Shown one piece after another: positions 1 to 13,300 of a DNA stretch of 61,672 nucleotides. This DNA comes from Seison nebaliae. Its lineage: Eukaryota. Made by a program: the position numbers and the translations under genes. How positions within the stretch are numbered: position 1 is the stretch's first letter; every line of letters begins with the position of its first letter. Under the pieces are notes generated by a model that worked only from the letters and a program-made list of their open reading frames with translations, had not been told where the DNA came from and ran no database searches. Where the stretch lies: positions 1 to 61,672 of the forward strand of contig JALJEE010000678.1 of NCBI GenBank assembly GCA_023231475.1. The letters are read 5' to 3'.

Positions 1-836
1 TCTCTAGGATCATTTATCGGACGAATGACCTTTTCCTCTCCTATATTTGCTACTTCTTGCAAAACACGATTCAAATGCTGATCTTCCTCCATATAAATGG
101 CAAGTTGCTCAGCGAAAAATTCTTCTTTTCTATTATATTCCAGTTCTACATAATTTGGATTTTGCATTTGAAAACGAATGAGTTTTCTATTATACGCTTG
201 CCAACATTGATGTATTGGCAGATGATATTGTTCACAAACTGGACAAAGTTTGACTTGTGCAACGGAATTAACACATTCGTGATGAGCTTTGAGACCTTTT
301 CGTTTTTTAAATACCTTATGACTAATTTTCTTACCACGCGGTAGGAACAAAAGTTCCTCATATGCTACTACTTTTTTCAAAAAATCACTATATAATTGAT
401 CAGCTTCATCTTCAGAGTCATGTTCCTCTACAACATCTTGTTCTTCAGGTAATTTTTCTCCATCAAAATCAAACTCATCTTCTGATTGATATTCGGGCAA
501 ATCCGTTGGATCAAGATTAGGACCATTGCCTTTAGGGTCATGTCCCTCTACAACATCTTGTTCTTCATAATATTTGGGTGTATTTTCTTTTACCATTTTT
601 TGTAGGTGACGTGCCATTGCTACCAATGTAGGTGTGGGTATATGATTTGTAACTTCATCATCTGGAATTATCTTTCTTTTTCCTCCTTCTACCATTACTG
701 CTTCTTCTTGTGGTAAAGCATTGTCATCGTCCACTTGTCTAATTTCTTTCCTGGCCTTCTTTTCAGGGTTCATTCCGTTGGACCATCGAACCAATATTAC
801 AACACAACAAAGCAAACAAATTTGAAAATGTTTCAT
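1..836 (-). CDS. Orphan secreted acidic protein, >=278 aa, runs off the left edge of the window (not in the ORF track)
   Basis: Hand translation from ATG at 836 gives MKHFQICLLCCVVILVRWSNG (signal-peptide-like) and is open to base 1. It has an internal duplication EEQDVVEGHD/EEQDVVEEHD (120-nt spacing) and a CPVCEQYHLPIHQC motif. Confidence 0.75.
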   Translation of the reverse strand, partial: MKHFQICLLCCVVILVRWSNGMNPEKKARKEIRQVDDDNALPQEEAVMVEGGKRKIIPDDEVTNHIPTPTLVAMARHLQKMVKENTPKYYEEQDVVEGHDPKGNGPNLDPTDLPEYQSEDEFDFDGEKLPEEQDVVEEHDSEDEADQLYSDFLKKVVAYEELLFLPRGKKISHKVFKKRKGLKAHHECVNSVAQVKLCPVCEQYHLPIHQCWQAYNRKLIRFQMQNPNYVELEYNRKEEFFAEQLAIYMEEDQHLNRVLQEVANIGEEKVIRPINDPR

Positions 837-1129
837 AGGAAGAAAAAAAAACAATTTAGAAAATAAAAAAAAATATAAAACAATATTTGGCTTTCTTATT
901 TGCTTAAGTATTCTTGCTTTTATTATGCGCGTTCCATTGCTTCATTGTTAACATAACATGTAAGAAGCACGTCTATGAAAGAAAAATTGTGTTGACATTA
1001 GAGACAAATAAATCGATTCCGACGTTCTTTACACCTCCATAGGTTGAGATCGATCTTGGCGTTCTCGATTCCAGCAATCCAAATTATAATATGGATTGTT
1101 AGATTCTTATTGAACGAGAAACAATGAAT

Positions 1130-2123
1130 GGAAGTAAGTTGAATCGAAGAATTGCAAAGTTTCCGTTCAGGAATCATTATCGGTTATTTTGCAGGAATCG
1201 TCCAATATCGAAATTGAGGAAGAACAATCGATCGAATTAGAATGTGAATTAAATAGAATTTCTTCATTCAAACCAAAATCGACGATGGATAATGTGGAAA
1301 TTTTTCGTGATGTCGACACGAGAGTTGAACAGAAAATTACGGAGAAAACATACACAATGAAAATAGACAAAGCTAAATTATCTGATGGTGGAAATTACAG
1401 TTTCATTTTATCAGATGGAAAATCATCAATACGATAATGTACTGTGAGCGTTAAAGAGAAACCTATAAAATTCACGAAAACTTTAACTGATATCGAATTA
1501 ACGGGAAATGAACCATTATTCGCCGATATTGAAGTGAGTGAAAAGAGAAATTGTCGTGTTGTCTTTCAAATTCAACTAACGAATAATGATCAATGGCAGC
1601 ATATACCGGTGGAAAAGAAAGGATATGATTTAGAATCGAAAGAAAAATCATTCCAATTAACCATCGATCATGTCTCACTAATGATGAATGGGAAATTGAA
1701 ATGATTCATCCAAAATACGATAAACAACGATATAACAGACGAATGTGAATCAACTGTGATTGTTCATGAATCCGCACCGATATTCGTCAAATTCTTTGAG
1801 AATTTAATTGGTAAAGAAAACTCAAATAATTAGGGAAATTAGATAAACCATTATAGGATGATGATAAAGTGGAATTTTAATTAAACGGAAATCTTATTGA
1901 ATCGAAAGAAAAATATCTAATAGAAATTAAAAATACAAATGTGAGTTTATCTGTGAGAAATATCAATTTATCAGATAATAAAGTATTTATGGTGAAGATT
2001 AATGGACAGATGGAACACGAACAATTCCGTTATGATGTGGAAGAAGATAATACAGAATTTCTGAAGAAATTGTGCGAAAAATTTGAAATAGAGTTAACAA
2101 GTGGAATTTTAATGTTCAATTAA
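1130..2123 (+). pseudogene. Degenerate tandem Ig (I-set) domains, titin/obscurin/twitchin-like fragment
   Basis: Ig motifs YTMKIDKAKLSDGGNYSF, VSVKEKPIKFTKTLTD and FQLTIDHVSL. ORFs 1189-1437 and 1444-1704 are in one frame, broken by TAA (1435-1437) and TGA (1702-1704). A further TAA at 1878-1880 falls in VEF*LNG. Confidence 0.7.
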
Positions 2124-2725
2124 TATAAGCTATTATAAGAAATAAAATAAACCGATCCAGGTGGAATGGTTGAAAACTAAGTCGTTTGGCGCCTGTACAA
2201 ATGCGAGTGAAGTTCTGTCACATTCATCATTGCAATGGAACATGGAATATTTATACATGGCTAAATTGATAGCGAAGAAGATCGAAAAGGAAATTGATAG
2301 TTCGATTTATATTTGATGTCGTATAGTATACGAGGTATAAGATCGGAATCGTCGAACGATATTGTCAATTCATCAATCAGTCATTTGATCGTGTTGGCCA
2401 AAATCATATTTGATGGGGATAAGAAACTTAAAACAAGCTTTTTAAGCTTAAGAGAGATAAAATGAATGATAAAGGTTTTATTTCAAATTTTGTAGTTCGT
2501 ATTGTGGAAACAGACTTAATTGTTCTCTATCCCTATTCTTCTTTATATTTCTTCTATAATTCTTTATATAAGAAAAGGAAATTCCTTATCTACTTCTCTC
2601 TCCTTCAGTCGCTTTCCAAGGACAAGGGTACTCCAACCACTCTTAATGAAAGAGTGTTCAAGGAATGAGGAGTCGATACAACTTGTTCAATCGAGAAGAT
2701 TGAACTTGTCTCAATCTAACTAAAA

Positions 2726-3362
2726 TTGAATTTAATTTTGGAGGAAAATGTTCACCTGAAGAAAGAAATGAAAACTCTTGCAGAAGGTATGGTGGAACTA
2801 TCAGAAGGAATTCGTAACATCAACAATAAGATTACGGATTATGATGGTTTAATGGAAATGGCAAAAGCGCTTACGAATAAGAATATTCCAGTCGTCCACA
2901 ATAATTCGTCGAACAAAAAGTACAAATCGAACGATAAGAAGGCGTATGCCAGTTCGTTAATAGGCGGTAATAGACAAGTGGCAAAGGTTTCAGACCGCTA
3001 ACATGGAACATAAATGCTCTATTAAAAGGCTTGCCACATCCGAGTAACATACATATTGCTCGGTTATATGCTCGATCGAGGGAAAGTAATCATTTCCGTG
3101 TGTTCGATAAGGAGATGGCGAGACCATAGAAGTCACAACAAAACGTTACAAACAAACGAACCTTCAAAATAATAGAGAAGAATTTACAACGATGATGAAA
3201 AGAATAAAACATTCTAAGAAATTTGCATCGTATCTTATCGGTCAAAGCAGACGATTTCTTCTTGTTGTCTATCCGACATCCCAGAAATTCAATTTCTTTC
3301 GTAACCAATTTTTTCAATTCACTTCTGGCAGGAAAATAGAAGATGTTGGTGAAAATTTTCAC
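2726..3362. mobile_element. Probable retroelement debris: coiled-coil gag/ORF1-like piece on + and an RT C-terminal-like piece on -
   Basis: Minus ORF 3090-3362 contains TKEIEFLGCRID..SALTDKIR, resembling the I-x-FLG-x-x-ID motif at the end of DIRS/LTR reverse transcriptases. Plus ORF 2726-3001 is coiled-coil followed by AYAS, as in ORF1/gag N-termini. No YxDD is visible. Confidence 0.35.
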
Positions 3363-3781
3363 AAATTAATTTAAATATTAAAAATGAGAAAAGTTGAAGA
3401 AATTTTTTTCTTAAATTTTATTGGTTTTCCCGTAGTCTATGGTCTTCCTTCATATTTTTCTTTACATAATATAATATCCAAAAATTTATTTGATTCTGAT
3501 TCACGATTATATACTGATTTAACAAAACGAGCGAAAATGATCAATTGCTACCAGAAAAATGAGAAAATGTGTTTTTCCTATATTTTTATTTTTTTTATAA
3601 AATTGAATCAATTTTGAAAGATACTTTAAAATAATCGAAATTTTACTCCAATAATTTCGCTTAATTTAATTTTCTTCACATATTTAATATTAGAAAAACA
3701 CATCCGTGAATGAGTTGGAGATATTTCGATTAGATTGTAAAAAGATTTTATTTAAATTAAAAAGATTGGCATAACATTCAA

Positions 3782-4831
3782 ATGAAAAAATTAAGTGTTC
3801 TGTTTAAAAACCTTATAAAATGTTCGAAGGACAATCGTTGGGTTGAATTAAATGGTGTGGCAGGAAATTTTTTTAAATTTTACGATAATAAATCAGAATG
3901 GGAACAACATAAAGTTAACGTGTTGAGGACGTTCATATGTGATTTTGATGGAAAAGAGAGAAATATAATCCTAAAGTCTTTACTTCGCCATCGGAATGGT
4001 ATTGAAATTGTGATGGAAATGAATTGTTTATTGAAAAGAATTAGTGTTAATAATCGAAATGATTTGAGAAAAGAATTCATTTCTCATTTAGGAATGATAT
4101 TTTCTTATGGTTTATTGAAAGTGGAATGTATTAATTGGAATAATGTTAATTGTGGTTTTGTGGAAGAAATGGGAAAAAATGAACAAGTAATTCCCATTAC
4201 TAATTGGCAATCGATGAAAATGAGAATTAGTGATAATAATTTCCGTTGTTATGTTGCATATCATCCATCATTTCCTTTGATGCCATTGATGAGTTTGTAT
4301 ATTCGATTGAGTGAACGATGTCCAAAATGTATCAACGAATTATTCGACACCGAAAAATTGAAGAAAGGAAATTGTGGAATATTTTATTCGATTTCTTTAT
4401 TACAACCATCATTATCATCATTAAATCTCGGTAATTGGATGATACGACAAGTTGTGAATGAATTAAAAGAAAATGAAATTGAAATAAATAAATTTTTCAC
4501 TTTATCACCAATCCGCAATTTTTCACGTTGGCTTAACCATCAGAACGGAATTGAATTGTCAAATGAAATTAATTCATCAAATTATCACAATTATCAGAAA
4601 GAATTAACATCACTGATGTTTAATTATTTGAAAAATGAAAAAGGAAATTTCCGAGATCCAGTTGCCAAATTCCATCAATTGAACGGAGCAAAATTAACGG
4701 AAATTCATTGGGAAGCTGATTCATCGATATTGGCATTGGAGAATTCTTTTGGAATGATGGCGACTTATGAATATGTTTTAGATGAATTAGATGATAATTC
4801 TTTAGAATATCGGAAAAATGAAAGAAACTGA
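3782..4831 (+). CDS. MLYCD: Malonyl-CoA decarboxylase, intronless
   Basis: Motifs FYSIS..LNLGNWMIRQVV, FFTLSPIRNF, DPVAKFHQLNGA, HWEADSS and SFGMMATYEY. Confidence 0.93.
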   Translation: MKKLSVLFKNLIKCSKDNRWVELNGVAGNFFKFYDNKSEWEQHKVNVLRTFICDFDGKERNIILKSLLRHRNGIEIVMEMNCLLKRISVNNRNDLRKEFISHLGMIFSYGLLKVECINWNNVNCGFVEEMGKNEQVIPITNWQSMKMRISDNNFRCYVAYHPSFPLMPLMSLYIRLSERCPKCINELFDTEKLKKGNCGIFYSISLLQPSLSSLNLGNWMIRQVVNELKENEIEINKFFTLSPIRNFSRWLNHQNGIELSNEINSSNYHNYQKELTSLMFNYLKNEKGNFRDPVAKFHQLNGAKLTEIHWEADSSILALENSFGMMATYEYVLDELDDNSLEYRKNERN

Positions 4832-4999
4832 AGAATTTTTAAAGGAAATTTCTCCGCCTTAATTTCGATGCAAATTGAAATTTTTATTCGAATAATTTTT
4901 TCATTTTCTGTTGAACAATCATGAAATTTTTTCCTATTAGAATATTTATTGTTTGAATAATTTTATTGAAATGTTTCTGATGAACGACGAATAATTTTG

Positions 5000-6457
5000 A
5001 TGAGATTGATGACGACAACTGATGATATGGATGAGAAATCGGTGAAATCGAAACAATATGAAGAGGAAACGGAACAAAAGCGAACGACATTGACATTGGA
5101 CGATTATGAATGGAATGAAGAGACAAAATCATATATTCCGAAAATGGACGATAATTTCTTGACAAATTATCTTTTGAATTATGGGGGGAATGAGAAAGAA
5201 GAAGATTCGAAAGTTCGATACGATAAAGAGATCGGTCATTATGTTTATGAGGATGAAGAGACGAAACAATTATTTTATTTCGATGAGAAGAAGAACGATT
5301 GGCTTCCTCATGGTGACAAGACGAAATTGTACGAGAAATATCGATATGTCGATGAGAAAACGGGAAAATATTTCGTTTTTGATATCGAGAAAAAGGAATG
5401 GGTCGATTTATCAACAACAACGGAATATCTCGATCCAGTGACAAGTTAATTTTTTAAATTTTAATATAATAAATAAATATAATTTATTTAAATTATTAAT
5501 TAATTATTTTTTAATTTAATTAATTTAAAATTAGAACAACGTTATGAATTGAATGTGTTTGAGAATAAGTGGGAGGAAGTGAATGAAGATGAATATCAAA
5601 AGAAATTGAGAATGAAAAGGAATTATCAGATGAAAGAAGAGAAGAAGAATGAGAAGAAACGTCAAGCGGAAGAAAAGAATCAATGGATCGAACAGAATGA
5701 AGAAAATATCCGTCATGTTTACGTAAAAGGATTAACGAAAGAAATTGACGAAGAAGAATTCATTAAATTAATGGAGAAATATGGTATCATCGATGTTGAT
5801 ATAGAAACGAATAAGAAGAAAGTGAAATTATACAAAGAAAAAGGATCGAACGAATTGAAAGGTGACGCACTTTGTTGCTATGTCAGGAAGGAAAGTGTCC
5901 AGTTATGTATCGATATGTTGAATGACGTTGATTATAACGGGAAAGGAAATAATCTGATAGTGGAAGTGGCGAAATTTGAAATGAAAGGCGAGAAATATGA
6001 AGCACCGAAGAAATCGAAGAAAAGGAAACAAATGATAAAGAAGAAGATGGAGAAGAATGAGAAATTGTTGGATTGGATCGATCGACCAGAAATCAAACGA
6101 CAAAAACAAGAACGTGTCGTTGTTATGGAAAACGCGTTTGATAAAATTTTAATTATGAAGAAATTAGTGAAAGAAGAAGAGAAATTGAAGAGTTTGTTGT
6201 TGAAGGAAGCACGAGATGTTGGGGAATGTCAACGAGTCGAATTTCATTTGAAGGATGAGAAATCGATTGGACTAATTTATTTTAAGACGATCGATATGGC
6301 TGATATGTTTGTGAGTTTATATGATAAAAAGATATGGAAAGGACGATCGATTAATTGTCATAATCTTGATATCACAAAAGAATCTTATAAAGACACCAAA
6401 TGTGATGATGATGATGATAAACGATTGGATGATTTCCTTGAATCAATCGAAGAAGAA

Positions 6458-6490
<33 letters not shown>

Positions 6491-6514
6491 GATGATATTA
6501 TTGATGAGAAATAA
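5000..6514 (+). CDS. HTATSF1: HIV Tat-SF1/Cus2 splicing factor (2 exons; intron 5445-5534)
   Basis: RRM1 VYVKGL..FIKLMEKYGII..KVKLY..KGDALCCYVRKESVQL, then VEVAKFEMKG, KLLDW and a UHM-like RRM2 with an acidic tail. The GTTAAT..TTAG intron joins the two ORFs in frame (VT-K-QRYELN). Confidence 0.92.
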
Positions 6515-7371
6515 TTTTGAAAAATTTAAATAAATTTTATTTATATGCAAATTATTAATTCCATGTTGATTACCATGTCAGTCGGTGTAGTGAGGAATTG
6601 TTATAATTCACCAAATTAGACGGAAGAAAGGAAGGACAAAAATTAAATTAGATTTTTTCTTGTTTACATTGCGCGACAATGAGAAGGATAAGATGATGTT
6701 GAAAGATTTACGATAAATACTTGTTAAAATTTAATTAAAAAATTAATTGTTAAGAGAGAAGTGTCTTTGAGAGAGACATTACTAACGGTTGTTGATTATG
6801 AGAAGGAATTTATTCGTTCTCCATTTTGAGAGTTTTTTCTTGAGTAGAAGAGAAATTTTCTCCATTCATAACTATCTCATTAGCCGAATAAGTTAGATGT
6901 TAAGGGAGTAAATATATTATCTACAATAATCTTATCTATATATATCGTAAGTGATTACGTTACGGGATCTTTAACTCACTTACCTCATTCACTAGAGAGT
7001 GGGCGATAGAAGAAAGTGAAGGAAATTGTTGAAGGAATATGTGAAAGAATGGTCTACTCTCAATGTTGAACGTGTGAAAGTGTGAAGGTGATATTTGACG
7101 ATACCATCACCACAAAACATCAGAGAACAATAATAATTGTTATTGGTTTGGGTGTTGGGAGAAGGAAAGACGAAACACTTATTTAATCTTTCTGATGAAG
7201 ACAAACTGCTTTCTCAAAATGAATACAAATCGGAAGAAGAAGAAAGTTCGATTTTTAACAGTTAATAACTTTCTTCAATTATCTGATGTCGATTGACACC
7301 TGGTCATTCATTCCATTCCTGTTTAGACGATAAATGACGTCGACTTCTTATATTACCATCGGAATGAACAT

Positions 7372-10300
7372 ATGAACGACAAGAAGAATTATTTGAGTTT
7401 TCTAACAAACGACGACGACCACGATGATGATGATAATACGAAACTTTCGGACAATTACGTCTGCGGCAGTGATGAGGATTTAAATGAAAAGGAAAGAAGA
7501 CGCATTGTTGAAAATGGGAAATTTGAAATGAAATATTTGACACCATCGTTAACATTTCCGATGGCATACTTTAATTTATGTTAGTTGATATATACATATA
7601 TAAATTTGAACGGATTCAGGTCCGATAAGAGAAATCAAATTATCTTTTTTTTCTATTTGATGTTCCAACTGAAATGATGATTCACTTAGTTGTTGTAATG
7701 TGAGATAGATGATGTTTGTTTTTTGTTTGATGAATATGTTAATCATCAGAAAGAGTTTTAATGTTAATTGTATCATTCTTCTTGTTTTGTTGGAACAGTT
7801 TGATTCTTGTTGATTTTGTGAACAATTATCATAATCGTTAACATAATTCATACTTTCGTTGTGCTACGGAGAAGGAAAGAAGGAAGGAAGCAGGGAAGGG
7901 AATTCGTTTGAGTGAAACTAATTCAAATTAATTAGCCGCTTTTCGGTGTTCAATTCATCGTCGTGTATGCAGGGACATGGAGCAGTAGTCGTTGCTAAAA
8001 GTTTTTCTTTCATTCCTACTGTTTGCCTTCATGTATCTTTCCCTCGAAAGAATTATCATAATTATTTGAGGATAATTATTTTAATTCTCAATTTATTTTC
8101 CTGTTAATGAAATAACTTCCACAATGTTAAGTCATTCCTTTATTTTCCTTAATTCATCTTAATATAGTGCAACCTGACTTATTTTTTCTTTACTGTTAGA
8201 TATGAACTTTTACATAATTAAAGTCGATAAGGATTCCAATGGAGTGGAATGACGAGTAATTGAATGGAAATCTCAATTTATTTCCAATTAACTAGATGTT
8301 TCCATTAGTTCGGTGATGACTGAGAAAGAATCATGTTGATCTTTTTAAATCATCCAAATCTACCAGTTATTCACCAGAGCTTTTGTCTCCGTCTCCCCTC
8401 GAATGACGGAATGTTGATGATGTTTAATTTTGAGTGCTTCTGATTCCATCTTCTGATTCCATCTTTTGATTCCATCTGGTGATTCTATCTTGTGATTCTC
8501 TTCCACATCCAGTTGGTCGGCCTTCACTCTGATAAGTTCGGAAAATTATTACTATGTTTCTCTGATTATATCTCCTGTGAATCATAAAGATGTTCGGACG
8601 ATGTCTTCATTCTTTATTCTTCCCCAAACCGTTCCTCCATCATGCCCGAAATCTCATCATTCCATTCTCTCTTGTGCACACGGACTCGAATGTAACTTGA
8701 GAAAATATATGGAAGTTACTACGAGGAGAGTTCTATTAATTATTATAAGACATTGCACAAATAGATGAGAAAGAAGATGAGAACGAAATAAGAATATTTT
8801 TTGATCATTCTCACTTACTCCCATATTATTATACTTCGTTTTGTCGTTGTGTCTTTTTATTTCCGTAATTCAATTTTATCCTTAGCTAAACAATGCATAT
8901 TTCGACGAAGCTTCTTCTTCTTCTTCTTCTTCTTCTCCTTCTTCTTCTTCTCCTTCTTTTTATTTCATTTCCATTATTATTATTGTTGTTGTTGTTATTA
9001 TCATCATTACAATGATGATTGTCATTGTCGAATAAAAAGGAATAAAATAATAATTAGTCATTCCTGATGATATTATTCCTTCTCATTTATTCTCCAATGC
9101 ACTTCACCATTGATTACTGGAATTTTGTTGCGAAATAATTCCATTTTCTTAAACTTCCATTTTTCTCCTCACAATAGTCTCGTCATTTCAATTTAATCTT
9201 TTACTCCTATAATCACATGAAAAATCTATCTCCCCATTCTCCGATCTTCCAATCAGTAACATAAATTATATAATAGAATGTTGAACCTTCAATATTTTAT
9301 GTTCTATCCTTATGAACCTTCTCCTCATCCGAATCTGAATTGGTGGAGGATTGGATAAGATTCAACACATGTAAATAAAGTGATTTTTTCAAATAAATGT
9401 TTCCTATTTGTTCATCTCCTTTGATTTTACCATTTATCTTCCCTTCGACCTTGTCAATTAATTGGTGGAAAGATCAGATGATTACGTTTCTTCTTCTCCC
9501 TTACCAAAACTGAACTACTGCTCTTCCATCACTTGAAAATCAGAGATGTTCCATTCAGGTTAAGACGCCTGTTACTTCCATTCATTCAACTGTAGCAAGA
9601 TGCATTTATTTTCTATGACTATTCCATCTTTATTTTGATCTGCAGCAAAACAGTCAATAAGTTGCGGCAGTCGCTTCGTCAATCTGTTGAGGAATACCAT
9701 AATTTCCTTCATTTTTCACTCCAACTTCTTATCTTTTATGAGGGAAGATTAATACGAAATTTTCATATAACCAAATTCAACTCATTCCATACATGTAATT
9801 CCGTTCATTGTTTTCGTGGCTTCATCCCATTCACACTCCCATAACAGATAAAGTGTGGATAGTATGCAAACGAATTGTTTCGTAATAAATGAAATGTTCT
9901 TTCGTAAATATTGGTCTTTAATGATTTTAATTGGTAATGAGTTTTCTTTTAATAAATTTCGCCTTCTGGGACTTATCGATGAGAAAGAAAAAAGAAATAC
10001 ACCAAACCTTTATCATCTTATCGAATCGAATGAATGATTAAGGGAAATTTGAAAAGAATTACTTTTCTTTTTTTTCGAAAAAATACAACGAGGTATTTGG
10101 ATCATACGTAATATTGGACGAAAGTTCTGCTTCTATCTCAACCATAATACCTTTATTATTTTCCGTGTAATTCTTCTTCTCACCATTCTTTCCTTCTGGT
10201 AATTATAGGCGGATATATTAATTTACATTGGGATAAATTGCTATTCTTATTCTATTATAAATTTGTTTATTCGCCTTCCCAATTCGAACAATGGCAATAT

Positions 10301-13300
10301 CTATATCTATTACGTCGACTTGGATAATTGCGTTGAAGAGTGTTCATATGTATATAATTTCCATGCATTCCATTAAGAAGGTTGTCTACTGTTTCTTCTT
10401 TTGAAGAAAAGAAAGTAAATTTTCTACCTTTTAATCTGACTTTCTCCATCGGTTCTCTTCCTATTTTAATTAGTCATATTAAACTCACTTTTTCTTAAAT
10501 GTTATTCTAAGGCGAAATATTTCTTAATAAATTTATCAGTCAATTCTCTGACATGTTCACTAAGCTTAGTTTAATGTAATTCTCAATATCAGATGATCGT
10601 TAATTTGCGATATGTTCCGAAATTTTCCCACCATTCAACTTACGTAATAAAACTATTTTCTGGAAATCGCTCCATCTGTTAAGTTATTGAAGAGTTGTTG
10701 TTAATATGGTAAATTATCGGTTGTAGCATTAGCTATCATCTGTTGTATCGAGAGGAAGAAGAAGAAATTAATTGTATTCAATTTATATCGTCTATTTCTT
10801 AATGATGTAATCATGATAATGGTTCTGTCCTCTCTCACCTTTTTCTTCGAAGTTTCAATTTTGTGGAATTAATGGAAATTTTGCATTATCCTTCCTCTTC
10901 TCTATTTCCGTATGATGGAATGAAAAATTAAAAGAATATTCATAATCATTTTTCTTTTCATAGAAATCAATTAAGATTTCTTCAGTTCCCCTTCCAAAAA
11001 TCCTTCCCAACAATTTCTTTTTCTTTTCTGAAAAAGAATAAACTCCTTTCAACAAGACACTTTCCCCACACCCCCCACCGTAAGGAGATATTTTTATGAA
11101 CGCTTCCTACACTCCAATTTGATGCATGAGTACCAAAACAATAAGAAAATATTCAAAAAAAAATTTTTCCACGAAAATAAAAAGGAGTTGAGAAATATGG
11201 AAATAATCGATAATTTCAATTGATTAAAATCAATTCAATAATTATTAAACAATTAACATGGGAAATCAGCCCACACGGAAAGATATTAAATTAGTTGGTG
11301 GTAATATCGGTTTGAATGGAGTCGATCAGAAAAGTATCTTACAAGATCGTTCCTCATTGGAAACAGGTGAATGTCCACTCACTTCACAATCGATGAACAA
11401 CTTGAAGACTATTCCACGATCAACATCAGAATATCAATTCGTTCAGACATACAATCCATTAATATGGTTCAATGATAACGATGACAAATCTACTGAATCA
11501 TTACGACAAATTAAACGACGACATTGCTCCTCCACAATACCGTCACGAAATCATTCGAGTGATGTTTCCTCTGGAATAGGTTCCACCACTCTTATCTCCC
11601 AACCAAACGATGATACGGTTAATATGAAGAAAGTGGATTATCGTAATACACTTCTGGAATTATGTTCTTGTGCTCGTCGTATGCCGATAAGTAATAATGA
11701 TTATATTTATTTCCATCCGCCGATACGATCGTCTTCGGCGTCGAAAAGTCGACGACATAATTCAAAAAAGAATAAATATCAAACTAATTCAACGAGACAT
11801 ATCACTTGGTTGGATGAGGCAGGAGATACGATAATCGAATCATCATTTCTTGCCAAGAATAAAAGTGTTCCAGTAAAACGGAAAAAATACAACGACATTG
11901 ATATATATACGTCGGATATCCATTTGTGTTGTAGTAGTAAACGAAATTTGGCTAATTCACAATTAACTCGAAAACCTGATGCATCAATAACCACTTCAAA
12001 TGATAATGATAAATCAAATATTAGTGAGAGGAACCATCATCATTATCATCAACATCATCGTCAAAATGAATTGGATGATATCTATCCCAATGTTTATCAA
12101 CAACAAAAAGTACTTCAACCACAAGAGCATTACAGTCAACAAGATGATGATCCACAATTATTTTCGGCGAACGATATCGATGAAATGGAGGATGATAATA
12201 TGATGAGTCGTCGTCTGATAGAAAATATTGAGAAAAATGGAAAATTACAAATATCTGATGATTCTCTTCCATCTAACCGATATTGTGAGACATTTTCTCA
12301 TCACCAATCGAAGACAATGAATAATTTGTGTGAACCGATAAAGAAAGTAAGTTTCAGTTACAAGGATGCTGCGCCTGTAACGAAATGTTTGTTAAATTCG
12401 AACGCGGGAAATTATCAGCATTCGAGGACGGTCTCTCAACCACCTCGTCATTATTGTTCGACTACTTTAAATGAACATTCATCCAAAGAATCTCTCATGA
12501 AAGATACAGCCATGGAGAAGTATTTGATGAATGCAATCAATGAGAAGAAAGTTATTTTCACGCAATTATCTCCACATCTCAACAATAACGAATCTATCAA
12601 TTCAAAATTGGACGAGATCTCAAATGATTCATTAGACAATCTATCAAATTCCCAATCCAACGACCATAAAAACAACGATTATTGCGAGAGTAAGAAGATG
12701 AGCAATCGTCAAAATATTCCGATGGAAAATAAACCGTTCGAAAATAATCTTTCTGAACAGAATCGTCGTTTATTGGAGAAATACAATTCGTTACTTCATT
12801 CGATGGAGGAGAAACAAATTAATTGTCGTTACAGTAGCAGTACGTCATCATTAGATCAGTTACATAATGATGTGTATAATTTATGGAATTATCTTCACCG
12901 CAATGGCTTATTGTCAGACAACAATGATGTTGATAGTTATGATGATGATCAGCGTAAAATAATTATTGATGATATGGAATCGCATAATGATGATAATTCG
13001 AAACATCAATTTGCTATTTGTGAATATGAACGAATAGTGTCTCAAGGTTAACTTATTAGGTGTATTTTTCGAAATAATGGAACACATTATCATCTTCCAT
13101 TTACGTCGTCATTCTATCATTTGTTCATGTACTCGAAGAATTTGTCCATTTTACTCTTCTACTTTTTTTCTTTTAGTTCTAATAAATTGTGAGATGTCCA
13201 AACTGATTTAGATCTTCCTTTCCATTAAGATCGTTCATTCAAATATTTTATCTTCCCATCACAAACTTTAAGTTGCCCCCCATAAAAAAGAGAAATATCA

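Noticed and set aside
1435..1880. In-frame stops in the Ig region as evidence for stop-codon reassignment or readthrough
   Set aside because: The stops are of mixed type (TAA, TGA) and come with a frame break. Conserved genes in the window have no internal stops and end in TAA, TGA or TAG, so a pseudogene is simpler.
4884..6109. Antisense/shadow ORFs (e.g. 4884-5444, 5531-5716, 5903-6109; likewise 23617-24138, 27255-27575, 40802-41253, 60840-61034)
   Set aside because: They overlap well-supported genes on the other strand or frame and have no motifs.
8801..9067. ORF with poly-F/Y/C tracts
   Set aside because: It is a translation of microsatellites.
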